Part shown: one piece after another, positions 26,138 to 36,715 of the stretch
Layout: every line of letters begins with the position of its first letter
Numbering within the stretch: the first letter of the stretch is position 1
Source: a virus
Taxonomy: Duplodnaviria > Caudoviricetes
Virus record (IMG/VR): IMGVR_UViG_3300029893_000008
Span: 1-58,313 of that record
DNA length: 58,313 nucleotides
Strand: one strand, 5' to 3'
Notes under the pieces: generated by a model
Database searches by the model: none
Told to the model about the DNA's origin: nothing
What the model saw: only the letters and a program-made list of their open reading frames with translations
Program-made: the position numbers and the translations under genes

Positions 26138-28803
26138 TCATTATCTCCTATATATCTATCAAATGAATTTTCTATTCTTTCATAATTAGAAAGCCACCAC
26201 TCATCTTGCTCTGTTTCAATATATTGATTATTTTTATATACATAAGCCTTTCTTTTTTCAAAGTTTTTTGCAAAAATTATATCGCCATTAACCAATGGTT
26301 GTGATTCAAATAATTTTTTATTAACTTTTACAGTAATTCTTTTTCCATTATTTAGAGAATATAAATCAATTCGTGGAGTATATCTTAAATCAACATTTTC
26401 GACAATAGTTATTCTTTTATCTAATTCTTCAAATAATGTATAAACCATTCCTAAATTTTCTTTTTGAAAAATTATATTTTGAAAAATAGGTATTCTGGTG
26501 TCTTTTGTATATTTTTCAAAATTAATTAATTCTTTATATCTTTTTATTCTAGTTTCTTCTTTGTGATTTTTAGAATATTTAAATTTTCCTTCTGTAAATT
26601 CTTTGAAAATTTTATGAAGTTTTCCATTTTTTCCAAATGTTTTAAAAAAGTCAAGATAAATCAAAATTTCTAATTGCTTATTTGTGATTTTTAATTCTGA
26701 TAAATCTATTAATAAATCTAAAAAACTATTGTATTTTTTGGTATATAATTTATATAATTCCTTTGCTACCTGTGGTGTAATAAATTTTATTCCAGCCAAT
26801 CCCATATATATTACACTTTCATTTTTATCATAAGAATAGAAATATTTAGATTTACCAAACTCTATATTTTTAATTTTTAAATTTTTTAAATTTTCAGGTA
26901 TTGTCGAATATTCATTATCTTCATCTTCATTCTTTTCCTCTAATAATTTCTCTTTCTGTATAGCAATTTCATCTTCTATTTCTTTTATTTCCCTAATATA
27001 CTTTTCGGCTTCTTCCACATAAAAGTCATAATTTACATCATATTCCTCAAATGGAATATTTTTGTCGTAATCGTTCAAAATTCTTACATAATTTGAAACA
27101 TAAACACCTATTTGATTTCCGTTTTCTCTATTTATTTTAACTAATTTCCCACCAGCATTAGAGATATAACACCTGTTTGTTTTTTGAAGAGGTATGTCAT
27201 TGCCTTCTTCTGTTCTATACACAAAATCAAATTTATCACCAGCCTTTTGAGAAAAACAAAAATTAAGTATATCTCTTTCCTTTTTAATAGTATCTATTAC
27301 AGGAATGTCTTTCATGTAATAGAAAAATAGTGCATCAGAAACCACTGGAAAACTGTATGCTTTATTGATTTCAATATCTGTCATAAATCTACCTTTTTCT
27401 TTTACTTCACCATCTACCTTTAATGTAATATAATTGTTGACATCTGTTCTAACATATAACTTATATTCCGTAAATTCTAGGGATAATTTAGTCTTGCTTT
27501 CCCATTCTTTACATATTCGATAATAATCATCTATCTTATCCTTATTAACATAAGAAACAATGCCATCGGTATTTGCTGAAATAACTGGTATTTCGTTCAG
27601 ATGTAATTCTTCAATTAGCATTAGTAAAAATAATTGACCATTTACAGTAACCTTAATTAATCCTTTTGGGTCGTAAAGATAAAATAATTCACTTCCCATT
27701 TTTCCAAATATAGAATTAATGGAAATTTTTAAAGCATCTGCTTTTAGTTTATCTTTTTCTTTTTTTGCTTTCACTCTTTCTTCTGTCATCTTCCTTAAAA
27801 TATCTAAAAATGTTTCTGAAAGATGAGAAGGATAGACCTTTTCATTCAATATAATATTAGGATAATAACTTGTAACATCTGCATCAATGATTTTATAGTT
27901 TTCAGATGAAACAAACTTTGCTGGATTATCTTCTGAATGTAATCCACCTATGCCCAATTCATAAGTAATTCCAGCAAAAGTTATTTTTTCTTTATATTTG
28001 TATTTATTTTCTTTTACTAATATTGTTTCTCTTAATTTTAATAAAAGATTATTTAATTTTTCTGTTTTGAATTTTACTTTATCGCTAATACATTCTGAAA
28101 GCCAAAAAAAATTTACATCCTTGTTTGTTTTTTTATGGATGTTAAAATCTGGCTCTTGTTTTTTATAGTAATCTTCCAATATAACATTTCCAATTTTGCT
28201 ATCACTTGCATTCAATAAATCCACGTTAAATAATTCTGATAGTTTTATCCTTAATTCAATTTGTGGATATAATTTTTTATACAATTCCCTTGTAATTAAA
28301 ACATCATTAATATTATATTGAATAATTGTTTCTATTTCTTCCTTTTTAATAGGCTTATCATAGGGTAATGGAAGGTCTTGAATCTTGTGCCATTTTAGAG
28401 AAACAGATACAGCCTTAAGTGAAATTCCTAATTTATCAAATGCTGGAATTTTCATTAAATCAATATCTTTCCATACAAGTTTTCTGTTAGGACTAAAAAG
28501 AACATTTCTGTTACCTGATATAATATTTTGAGAAAAATTATAAATATGTAAATTAATATCTTTGCTTTTGTTATATGTTATAACTTCATATAAAATTTCT
28601 CTATCATAAAAAAGATTATTATACCCAATAAGATAATTTACTTTATTTTCTATAAAATCTATCAATTCATCTCTTTGGTCTATACCATATTGCCAAGATA
28701 TAGAGAATGTATAAATCTCATTTTCATCTTCAATGTTAATAAAAGTAAAGCATAAGAAATTTTTAAATACTTCTACATCATAGCAATAATCTTTTTTATC
28801 CAT
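26134..28803 (-). CDS. Family B DNA polymerase with 3'-5' exonuclease, fused to a DnaE(PolC)-like HhH/OB C-terminal region
   Basis: Exo YDVE / GYN..YD / YNINDV; PolB DADVTSYYP, KISINSIFGK, NTDG; after an acidic linker, GLAGIK / SFLDLL / QLEILI.LDFF..FG / ENLG match the DnaE C-terminal pattern. Confidence 0.85.
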   Translation of the reverse strand: MDKKDYCYDVEVFKNFLCFTFINIEDENEIYTFSISWQYGIDQRDELIDFIENKVNYLIGYNNLFYDREILYEVITYNKSKDINLHIYNFSQNIISGNRNVLFSPNRKLVWKDIDLMKIPAFDKLGISLKAVSVSLKWHKIQDLPLPYDKPIKKEEIETIIQYNINDVLITRELYKKLYPQIELRIKLSELFNVDLLNASDSKIGNVILEDYYKKQEPDFNIHKKTNKDVNFFWLSECISDKVKFKTEKLNNLLLKLRETILVKENKYKYKEKITFAGITYELGIGGLHSEDNPAKFVSSENYKIIDADVTSYYPNIILNEKVYPSHLSETFLDILRKMTEERVKAKKEKDKLKADALKISINSIFGKMGSELFYLYDPKGLIKVTVNGQLFLLMLIEELHLNEIPVISANTDGIVSYVNKDKIDDYYRICKEWESKTKLSLEFTEYKLYVRTDVNNYITLKVDGEVKEKGRFMTDIEINKAYSFPVVSDALFFYYMKDIPVIDTIKKERDILNFCFSQKAGDKFDFVYRTEEGNDIPLQKTNRCYISNAGGKLVKINRENGNQIGVYVSNYVRILNDYDKNIPFEEYDVNYDFYVEEAEKYIREIKEIEDEIAIQKEKLLEEKNEDEDNEYSTIPENLKNLKIKNIEFGKSKYFYSYDKNESVIYMGLAGIKFITPQVAKELYKLYTKKYNSFLDLLIDLSELKITNKQLEILIYLDFFKTFGKNGKLHKIFKEFTEGKFKYSKNHKEETRIKRYKELINFEKYTKDTRIPIFQNIIFQKENLGMVYTLFEELDKRITIVENVDLRYTPRIDLYSLNNGKRITVKVNKKLFESQPLVNGDIIFAKNFEKRKAYVYKNNQYIETEQDEWWLSNYERIENSFDRYIGDNE

Positions 28804-29602
28804 TTTCTACCTTATCTTTTATAGGTTTCTTGTATTGACAACTATTTCTTACTGAACATAAATAATTACAATAAAATTCGTTCTCATTATTATATTCAAT
28901 ATTTTCAAGAGAATAAATTTTCTTAATAATCTTTTCGTATTCTTCTAAAACATTAAGTGTGTATTTTTCATCATATTCAAAGGTTATTTTCTGATTACTC
29001 CTGATAAACCAAAGCATACCCTTTTGAATTTCTATATTTAGAAATTTCTTAATAAAATATATATAAATAGATAATTGTTCTTTGTATGATTTTAATTTAT
29101 CTTCATCTAGTTTTTTATTTTTATAAATTTCAGAAGTTTTAAAATCAATAATAATTGTTTCACCAGTTTCTTTATTTCTAAAAACTAGGTCTGGTTTAAT
29201 GGTAATTTTATAATCCTTTATAGTACCTTTTATAAATTCTTCCGAATTAATAATTTCATAATGGTCTTTGTCAAAATCAAAATTATCAAAAAATTTTAAT
29301 CCAGAATTGTAATAAGAATTTAAGATATTATATAAGGGTGGTGGGTCATAATTTATATTATTAAAAAAATTATTTTTATAATAAGATGACATTTCCCATA
29401 CATCTAATTCCCCTTTAAAATAGGCTTCAACTATTGAATGAATAAAATTTCCATAATCAGAAAAAAAATTTCCATCTCTCTTTACTCTCTTGTCATACAT
29501 TAAATAAAAAGAGTATGGGCAATGTTTATATGTATTAATACTGCTAAATGAAAATAAAAATTCTGATAAATCTAATTTTATTTTTAAATTTGTTTTACTC
29601 AT
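28796..29602 (-). CDS. PD-(D/E)XK (RecB/Cas4/AddB-like) nuclease with Fe-S cysteines
   Basis: SFSSINTY..CP, GNFIH, PDL...IIDFKT, QLSIY, C..LC.....C. Confidence 0.85.
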   Translation of the reverse strand: MSKTNLKIKLDLSEFLFSFSSINTYKHCPYSFYLMYDKRVKRDGNFFSDYGNFIHSIVEAYFKGELDVWEMSSYYKNNFFNNINYDPPPLYNILNSYYNSGLKFFDNFDFDKDHYEIINSEEFIKGTIKDYKITIKPDLVFRNKETGETIIIDFKTSEIYKNKKLDEDKLKSYKEQLSIYIYFIKKFLNIEIQKGMLWFIRSNQKITFEYDEKYTLNVLEEYEKIIKKIYSLENIEYNNENEFYCNYLCSVRNSCQYKKPIKDKVENG

Positions 29603-29631
29603 AAATCAATTCCTTTCAATAAAGATAATCT

Positions 29632-29660
29632 ATTATACCATAAATTTCACAAAAAATCAA
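29632..29660 (-). promoter_or_regulatory. Promoter for the nuclease-polymerase operon
   Basis: TTGATT-17 nt-TATAAT with extended TG. Confidence 0.65.
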
Positions 29661-29693
29661 GTACATAAATCTTGTTATTTTTCATAATTAATC

Positions 29694-31013
29694 CTAATCT
29701 TCATCATCTAGTGGATTTTCATCATCAATAAATTTTACACTTTCACCAATAAATTTTACATTAACATATCCCAATGCACCACTTCTATTTTTAACACAAT
29801 AAATTCTGCTACTTTTGATAACAGCATCTTCTTTTTTATGCCGAATAATTAAAATCAAATCGGTTGCTTTTTCTCCTGCTTGTGATAAATCAGAGGGTTT
29901 TGGTTCTCTTTCATTGTGTTCTATAGACCTGTTCAATTGATGTGCTACAACTATTGGTATTCCAAATTCCCTTGCCAAACCCTTTAATTGGTAGGTTAAT
30001 TTGTCTACTCTGATGTATTCATTTTCATTTTCTTTCGATGAGATTAATTGCTCTAACTGGTCAATGAAAATTATTTTAGCACCCATTTCAACCATTTTTC
30101 TTATCTTTCCCCTCAAAGTGGGAATAGTAAGAGAAGGGCTATCATCAAAGAAAATACCAAGTCCTCTAATTGTTTCAATTGCTTTTTTGTATTGTTCTTT
30201 TTCTCTATCAAAAATTTTACCCAATCTAATACGCAAAGTAGGAATACCAGAGAAAAAACTAATTATCCTTTGAGTATATTCCTTTTTTCCCATTTCAAGA
30301 GAAAATATTCCTACTTTTTTACTCCATAACGGATTTGTAGCAATATTCATCGCAAAGGTTAACAACAATGCACTCTTACCTTCCCCTTGCCTTCCAGCAA
30401 CAATAACTAATTGCTCATTAAAAAACCCACCAATTAACTTGTCTAATTCTGTTAATCCTGTTTCTAAATATTCTCGATTTCCTTTTTTTGCCTTTTCAAT
30501 TTCCTGAATCGTTTCTTCAAGTATATCTGTTACAGGTGTGATACTATTATTTCTGGTTTCCGATAATATACTAATATCGTTTAATTCTTTATCAATATAT
30601 TCAATAATTTCTTTTGTAGTAGAATTATTAATTCTTTCTTTTATTCTATTTGATAAATAATAGATTTTTCTTTTTGTAGAATTATCTTTTATTATCTTTA
30701 TATAAGTTTCATAATTTTCTAATTCTGCTTCCTTATTAATAATATATTCTATACCGTGTTCTGTTTCGGATATTTCAGTATTGTAGATATTTAATATTTC
30801 CCCACTCCTTTCTAATTCATCTAAAACGGTAATTTTATCAATTCCTTTACCTTCCGTATATAAAGAAAAGTATACTGAAAATAATGTACTATAAGGTTTC
30901 CAATAAAAATCTTCTTCTGAAACTTGGTCAGATATATAATTCATTAAATCAGGATACTTTATAATTAATGATAATAGACTCTCTTCAATCTCTGGCGAAA
31001 AATTCAATGTCAT
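29694..31013 (-). CDS. dnaB: Replicative helicase DnaB
   Basis: TG...LD...GG, Walker A AGRQGEGKS, FSLEM, IFID, QLNR and KNRSG. Confidence 0.92.
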   Translation of the reverse strand: MTLNFSPEIEESLLSLIIKYPDLMNYISDQVSEEDFYWKPYSTLFSVYFSLYTEGKGIDKITVLDELERSGEILNIYNTEISETEHGIEYIINKEAELENYETYIKIIKDNSTKRKIYYLSNRIKERINNSTTKEIIEYIDKELNDISILSETRNNSITPVTDILEETIQEIEKAKKGNREYLETGLTELDKLIGGFFNEQLVIVAGRQGEGKSALLLTFAMNIATNPLWSKKVGIFSLEMGKKEYTQRIISFFSGIPTLRIRLGKIFDREKEQYKKAIETIRGLGIFFDDSPSLTIPTLRGKIRKMVEMGAKIIFIDQLEQLISSKENENEYIRVDKLTYQLKGLAREFGIPIVVAHQLNRSIEHNEREPKPSDLSQAGEKATDLILIIRHKKEDAVIKSSRIYCVKNRSGALGYVNVKFIGESVKFIDDENPLDDED

Positions 31014-31858
31014 TTATGCTCGCTCCTTTCATTTGCTAAAAAGAAAATTGTACCTAAACTGATTTCTTCTGGATTAAATGTTTTCCATTTTTCTTCACAA
31101 ACACCAGATTGATATTTTATAGAATTTTTACTCCATTCATCCCATAATTTTAAACCTTTATCCCCCAAAGAATAGAGTGCCATACCTATTGTAATCCAAT
31201 CCTGATAATTATCAGATAAATGCTTAATTCTGTCAAGTGAATTTATAATTTTTGGTAAATTTTCTTTTATATTTAAAAATCTTTGGTTCTCTTTTTTCTT
31301 TTGATAATTTTTTAAAGAATTTAATTTTATTAATTCTTCCTCTGTTATTTCTCTTGGAATTTTATCCCACTTTGTCAATGCAAGATAATATTTTTTAGAA
31401 TTTCCATCGTAAATATATGAGGGTGGAGCAATAATATATCCACCTGTACCTCGTGTATCTATTCCCAATCTTGTATTTGTTGTTGTTCTTGTACTTCTTG
31501 TAGAAGAAAAGACAATATGCCATCCCCCACTCGGTGTTCTACTTTCTAAAGCACCCTCTTTATCTATGCCAAGTTTCATAAAATTTCTAATACCATCTCG
31601 ATTATTTTTTATATCAATATCTATTACAAATAAATTTGATTTACCACAAGCAATTCCTATACATGCTTCTGGAAATCTCTTCCAAAAATTAATTATTTCC
31701 CTCTCATTAATTGTACTATTTTTAAATCCACCTTCAATATATGGGGATTTTACTTTAAAAACTTTATCCCCATATATTATTTCTTTTTCCCTACATGGAA
31801 AAACATAAAAACCCATGCTTGCATATTCTAGTGCTTTTTCGAGTAAATTATTTTTCAT
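31010..31858 (-). CDS. Bifunctional primase-polymerase domain plus PriCT-2
   Basis: ALEYA..G..VFP, VIDID, TPSGGWH, DTRG.GGYIIAPPS; C-terminal W..IGMAL...W..WS..KY...W.TF. Confidence 0.88.
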   Translation of the reverse strand: MKNNLLEKALEYASMGFYVFPCREKEIIYGDKVFKVKSPYIEGGFKNSTINEREIINFWKRFPEACIGIACGKSNLFVIDIDIKNNRDGIRNFMKLGIDKEGALESRTPSGGWHIVFSSTRSTRTTTNTRLGIDTRGTGGYIIAPPSYIYDGNSKKYYLALTKWDKIPREITEEELIKLNSLKNYQKKKENQRFLNIKENLPKIINSLDRIKHLSDNYQDWITIGMALYSLGDKGLKLWDEWSKNSIKYQSGVCEEKWKTFNPEEISLGTIFFLANERSEHK

Positions 31859-31871
31859 AGAAATCTCCTTT

Positions 31872-31905
31872 AAAAAGAGGGAAGTATTTTTGCTACTTCC
31901 CTCTC
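31872..31905 (-). terminator. Terminator after ssb
   Basis: AGAGGGAAGTA-loop-TACTTCCCTCT; T run follows on the minus strand. Confidence 0.65.
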
Positions 31906-31929
31906 TCTGCTCTAATTTACTTTTTTATA

Positions 31930-32310
31930 CTAGAAAGGAATTTCATTATCTAATTCAAAGTTATCATCACTAGCCTTTTCAACTCTTTTAGTTTTTACTT
32001 TTTCATCTGAAAGTTCAAAGTTGAAAACTGTCAAAGTCGGAAATTTAGGATATAGTGTTTCACCATCTTGTTGATAAGGTTCTTTTTTCATTGTAGCACC
32101 AGAAATTTTAATTCTGGTTTTTTCTGGAATGCCCAATTCTTTAAGTTTTTCATAGGCACTTCCAACAAAATTAGCATACCACGAGGAATTTACATATTTT
32201 TCAGTTTTTTTATCTTTTCTACTACTGCTAATCTTTACGACAGCATAGTTACCCTTGTCTTCTTGTATTCCCCAAAATGTTACAAATTGTTCAGCAATAT
32301 TAAGACTCAT
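31930..32310 (-). CDS. ssb: Single-stranded DNA-binding protein
   Basis: OB-fold-like, acidic C-terminus ending DNEIPF; located in the replication cluster. Confidence 0.75.
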   Translation of the reverse strand: MSLNIAEQFVTFWGIQEDKGNYAVVKISSSRKDKKTEKYVNSSWYANFVGSAYEKLKELGIPEKTRIKISGATMKKEPYQQDGETLYPKFPTLTVFNFELSDEKVKTKRVEKASDDNFELDNEIPF

Positions 32311-32314
32311 TTTT

Positions 32315-32554
32315 TTATCCTTTTCTAAACTTTTCTAAAAACTTCACTAATTCTTTACTTTTTTGTGATATTTTGGAAATTCTTTCATCATACCATTGCT
32401 CTTTTGTATATTTTTCGGGTATAAAATTCAAACTTGCCAAAAATAGAATTTCATTAATTTTAGGATATATTTCTTCCACAACACACTTCCCGCAGATAAC
32501 TTCCCCGTGATGAATATACTGTGAACACCTTTTGCATTCTGGTAAAGATGACAT
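32315..32554 (-). CDS. Small Cys-containing hypothetical protein
   Basis: CKRC...CGKC. Confidence 0.5.
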   Translation of the reverse strand: MSSLPECKRCSQYIHHGEVICGKCVVEEIYPKINEILFLASLNFIPEKYTKEQWYDERISKISQKSKELVKFLEKFRKG

Positions 32555-33573
32555 TATTCCTCTACTTCTTCATCTTGACTATCTAAATCATTAACCATTT
32601 CAATAATCTTCAACAGTGTTTCTTTGTCTTTAATAGAATTTGTATTACCGTTTGGCACAAAACTCTTAACAATTTTCATCACTTCTGGATTTTTACTTCC
32701 ACCATGCTCTTTACAAACCTGAATAACAATTTCTTTCAATTGTTCAATTTCCTCTTCTTCTTTATTCTCTTCTTCAAAGATGTTTTCTTCCTTTTGAGAA
32801 ATAGATTTTCTTACCTCTTTTGATGTATCAATAGAATTTACTACCTTATCAAAAATGGTGAATGTAGGATTTTCTATTTTCTTGTTCTTTTCCAAGCCAT
32901 CTGCACGGGATTTTTGAACAATAATCCAGCGTTTATTGACTTTATCATCATAAACCATTCTCAAAATAAAATCAACGGCATATTTCGTATTCTTTTCAGC
33001 ATCAAAGGTATATTCACCAGTTTTAACAATACTTCCATCGGGTTTTGTTTCAGAAATTTCTTTTTCCCTTGCAACCAAAATAACATTTTGAGGAAGATTT
33101 TTTAGAGAAAGCATCAAATCTTTATAAACCCGCTTCATATCAGCCCAATCTTTTTGATTAAAACTCTCTAAATCTAAATCATTGATTGGATTTTTCTTAT
33201 ATTCACTAGATTTTTTAGATTTAATAATGTCCTTATATTCTGCTCTTTGGGATTGAATATTATCCCAAATATCTGAAATGGGGTCAATTACAAATGTTTC
33301 ATACTTTTTTCGACCTTCCTGACTTTCCAGATATTCAATTGCTTTCATTAATTCTTTAATAGATGAAGTTTTCAATCCCTCATCATCTACCCAATAGTCA
33401 AAATCAAAACCCTTACGACCCTCAAAAAAGTCTGTACCACTTTCGGCATCAAATACCAAAATTTTAGAGGGGGTAGATGTCAGAGCAAAATGAGTCTTCC
33501 CCACCCCTGCATCTCCAAAAAGTAAAATTTTTAATTTTTTATTATTTCTTTCTTGTGATGATTTTACTCCCAT
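32554..33573 (-). CDS. Sak4-like AAA ATPase (single-strand annealing/recombination)
   Basis: Walker A GDAGVGKT, DAESG, VIDPIS, AREK; adjacent to ssb. Confidence 0.75.
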   Translation of the reverse strand: MGVKSSQERNNKKLKILLFGDAGVGKTHFALTSTPSKILVFDAESGTDFFEGRKGFDFDYWVDDEGLKTSSIKELMKAIEYLESQEGRKKYETFVIDPISDIWDNIQSQRAEYKDIIKSKKSSEYKKNPINDLDLESFNQKDWADMKRVYKDLMLSLKNLPQNVILVAREKEISETKPDGSIVKTGEYTFDAEKNTKYAVDFILRMVYDDKVNKRWIIVQKSRADGLEKNKKIENPTFTIFDKVVNSIDTSKEVRKSISQKEENIFEEENKEEEEIEQLKEIVIQVCKEHGGSKNPEVMKIVKSFVPNGNTNSIKDKETLLKIIEMVNDLDSQDEEVEE

Positions 33574-34235
33574 TTTATTGTTCTTCCTTTCGTATATAAA
33601 AATTTTGATTCCATTTTATTTTGCCATGCGTTATAGCACAAAGGCACTTTTTCTTTAATGATTGCACTGATTTTATTAGAAATTACTCTTATTTCATATT
33701 GAGAATCCTCTGCTAATCTTAATTCTAAAAAATCAAATATGTTTCTTAACTTTCCAGTAAATATAAATTTTGTATATGTAGAAACAGGTAATATAAACCT
33801 TGCCAATTCCCTTGCTATATTAGATTCAATCATTTCATAATATAATGAATATATTTCATCATATAATAATTTTATCTTACCTAAAAAATCATCTTTATCA
33901 TCTTCAAGAAAAGAATCACTTCCTTGCTTATTTATCTTGCTTTGTAGTCTTAATTTTTCTGGTAAATAAAATCTAATATCTTCACTGGTATATCTTCTAC
34001 TAATTTCAGAATAACTAAATGTTCTGTGCCTCATAAATTGCCTTGCAATTGCAATGGGACATTCTACCATTATTGTAAACACAACATGCTCAAATGGACT
34101 CATGTGGTCATGTTCCATTAAATATTTGATTAACTTTTCTGGATTTCTGTTATCATCAAATTTGTTAAAAGAAACCCTTGCACAGTTTACTACTCTTAAA
34201 TCATCTCCCATACAATCAATCAATTTGACATCCAT
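33564..34235 (-). CDS. thyX: Flavin-dependent thymidylate synthase
   Basis: ARVS, HMSPFEH, RHRTFSYSEISRRY signature, ELARFILP, LR....Q.EIR. Confidence 0.95.
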   Translation of the reverse strand: MDVKLIDCMGDDLRVVNCARVSFNKFDDNRNPEKLIKYLMEHDHMSPFEHVVFTIMVECPIAIARQFMRHRTFSYSEISRRYTSEDIRFYLPEKLRLQSKINKQGSDSFLEDDKDDFLGKIKLLYDEIYSLYYEMIESNIARELARFILPVSTYTKFIFTGKLRNIFDFLELRLAEDSQYEIRVISNKISAIIKEKVPLCYNAWQNKMESKFLYTKGRTIKWE

Positions 34236-34279
34236 GTTATCTCCCTTCATAGTAAAATAAAAATCACATCAACATATAG

Positions 34280-34308
34280 ATTATAGTATATAATGTCTTA
34301 TTTGTCAA
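34280..34308 (-). promoter_or_regulatory. Sigma70/sigmaA promoter for the thyX-sak4-ssb operon
   Basis: TTGACA-17 nt-TATAAT. Confidence 0.75.
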
Positions 34309-34924
34309 GGGGTAATTTCAAATGACTTTTATATCTATCTATCATCCATGATTCATACTCTACATCCCTTTTTTCTATATCCGAATAAGAGGGTCTTTGA
34401 ACGGCTATCATTTCTGGAATGGAAATAAAAGCGTTAATTGTAGGAATAATGCTTGTATAAATTAAATCAAGCGGAGTAGCATAATATCTCGGTATTTCCA
34501 ATAACAGCCTCGATATAAAGTTTTTGTTAACCATATACGCATGGGTGGACTGTGCATGAGATAGTTTTCCAAGATGTTTAGTTACAGGTGTTATTGTATT
34601 ACAAATATTTCCCCCAAGATAAAACATATCCCATTCAACTTCCTCTAAATCTTTTAATGCTAATTCAAAATTTTCTCTTGCATTAGGTAAAAATTTAACA
34701 TCATCTTCAAAAATTAATACATGCTTATTTTCTTTCTCATTACTGGAAATTCCCAAAATGTTCAAATGAGAGAAAGCACAGCCTATAACACCATTTTCGG
34801 TTTTGATAGCGGGATAAATCATTAAATTTTTGATAATCCCAAAATTTTGCAATTCATCTATTGATTTACTTAACCTATCTCCCCGTTCTGGTAAATTTAC
34901 TAAAAAAGCATTATATTCAATCAT
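34298..34924 (-). CDS. Glycosyltransferase family 25-like
   Basis: VNLPERGDR, GCAFSH, IFEDD, DMFYLG, THAY, Q.PSYSDI. Confidence 0.85.
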   Translation of the reverse strand: MIEYNAFLVNLPERGDRLSKSIDELQNFGIIKNLMIYPAIKTENGVIGCAFSHLNILGISSNEKENKHVLIFEDDVKFLPNARENFELALKDLEEVEWDMFYLGGNICNTITPVTKHLGKLSHAQSTHAYMVNKNFISRLLLEIPRYYATPLDLIYTSIIPTINAFISIPEMIAVQRPSYSDIEKRDVEYESWMIDRYKSHLKLPLDK

Positions 34925-35817
34925 TTCAATATCCCTTCTATAAATTTTTCTTGGTTATAATATAAATATTCAGGATGAGATTCTGGTGTAATTTCTACTA
35001 ATTGAAATTTTGAGGGTCTGCCAAAAATATCAAAACCTTCATAAATTCCCTTTGTCAAACTATGTTGTAAATTATAAATAATACTTTCTTTATTTAACGA
35101 TTGCTCTCCCCATGACTTTATTTTTTTAATAATATTATCTAATCCGCCCATATATGTAAAATGCCAGCCAGCATTATACAGATTTCTTCTCTTATAATCT
35201 CCATTTTTATATGTTCGATAATAAGTATATGAATGCTTTTCAAAATTTTTATATTTTGTAACGATATTTCCAAACCATCTTTCACTTAATTTTTTTAAGT
35301 TATAATAATACCAATAATTATCATGCTCTAAATGGTATACAACATCATCATCTATTTCTTTTTTCAAATTTTCTATAACTGTTTTTCTAGGAATTTCATC
35401 ACAATCTCCAACAATAATTATATCATTATCTTTAAAAAAGAAATTATTACAAATTAAATATTCTTTTTCAAATGTATCTCTAAAATAAGAATTTACATTT
35501 TTATCAAACCAGTCAGATTTATCTATATTATTTTTTATTTTAAAAAGAATAGAATTATAATTTTCTTCACAATAATTTGAAAAATCGTTATAAGATAAAA
35601 AATTGTAATCGGATGGAATTTCTACATGAATAATTTTTGAGAAATATTTTGAAAATCTCTTGTAATTTTCTTTAAAATATAGTGGTTTTGGAAGTCCAGA
35701 ATGTGTTATAGAAGATTCTTGAATTATAAAAGCATCAACTGTATTCCATAATTCATTCAGTTTTATTTCCAGAATATCCAATTCATTGAAAAATAAAAAA
35801 TTGCAAAATGTTCTCAT
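34921..35817 (-). CDS. Glycosyltransferase family 17-like (MGAT3-type GlcNAc transferase fold)
   Basis: FFNELDILEI.L.EL...VD.F...ES..THSG.PKPL, GDCDEIP, AGWHFTYMGG. Confidence 0.8.
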   Translation of the reverse strand: MRTFCNFLFFNELDILEIKLNELWNTVDAFIIQESSITHSGLPKPLYFKENYKRFSKYFSKIIHVEIPSDYNFLSYNDFSNYCEENYNSILFKIKNNIDKSDWFDKNVNSYFRDTFEKEYLICNNFFFKDNDIIIVGDCDEIPRKTVIENLKKEIDDDVVYHLEHDNYWYYYNLKKLSERWFGNIVTKYKNFEKHSYTYYRTYKNGDYKRRNLYNAGWHFTYMGGLDNIIKKIKSWGEQSLNKESIIYNLQHSLTKGIYEGFDIFGRPSKFQLVEITPESHPEYLYYNQEKFIEGILK

Positions 35818-36710
35818 AAAATTTTTTCTTCCCCATTTTCAGAATATGAAAAAAGTTTTCCTTCTCTATTCATAAAATTAAAACCCCATTTTGAAAATGT
35901 CCAAATATCACTAGAAGCCCAATAACCGTTACTTACATTGTATCTAGCCCAGTATTTAGGTGCAATAATAAAGGGATTATTCGGATTGGTAACGGATGGG
36001 ATAATTGCAAAAGATGAATTTGATAAAATAAGATTTTTAGCATGATTGATAATATAATAATCGAGTCCTATTGTAAAGTGATAAACATTCATTTTTGGTA
36101 AAATTTGACGGGCATAGTCTACATCATCTGTTACCACAGCAAAATAAACTTTTGGATTTTTATCAATCATAATTTCAATTGATTTTTTCCAGTAATCAAC
36201 ATCTAAAATCAAATTAGGAATATATACATATTCACCCCCCCTCACATTGATTACGCAAAGATTTTCATCTTCTAAATTAATCTTATGATATTCTAAAACT
36301 TTATTATAATTTTCTACATTTTCTTTTTTTATCTGATTCCACTCTTTAAGATGATTTATGTCAAAATATCTTGCATCTTGACCGCAGGAAAATACATAAA
36401 TAGTGTTATCTTTCGGACTTTCAAATACATCATTTTGAAAAGGATGATAATCATAATAATCACCATTGACATAATTTGAAATTTTCTTTTCTCTCCACAT
36501 ATAAAAGTTTTTTGTTTCCCCGTAATTTATATCAACAGGATACCCGTAATCTAAATTTAAGAAATCAGATTGTAATTTTCCGCCATAATAATCAAAAAAA
36601 TATCTCTTTGTAAAACCAAATTCTAAATTTGCCCTATGTGCTATTTCTCTAATTAAATTATATTGTATAAGTCCATTTCCTAAATTTCCTGTAAAATAAG
36701 TGGTTATCAT
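35814..36710 (-). CDS. Glycosyltransferase family 11-like (alpha-1,2-fucosyl/colitosyl transferase)
   Basis: GNLGN..Q, INVRGGEY, VTDD, ILSNSSF and IAPKYW motifs. Confidence 0.8.
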   Translation of the reverse strand: MITTYFTGNLGNGLIQYNLIREIAHRANLEFGFTKRYFFDYYGGKLQSDFLNLDYGYPVDINYGETKNFYMWREKKISNYVNGDYYDYHPFQNDVFESPKDNTIYVFSCGQDARYFDINHLKEWNQIKKENVENYNKVLEYHKINLEDENLCVINVRGGEYVYIPNLILDVDYWKKSIEIMIDKNPKVYFAVVTDDVDYARQILPKMNVYHFTIGLDYYIINHAKNLILSNSSFAIIPSVTNPNNPFIIAPKYWARYNVSNGYWASSDIWTFSKWGFNFMNREGKLFSYSENGEEKIL

Positions 36711-36715
36711 AAGTA

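Noticed and set aside
28796-29602. Cas4 or CRISPR system
   Set aside because: No repeat-spacer array or other cas genes seen; replication context fits a phage recombination nuclease.
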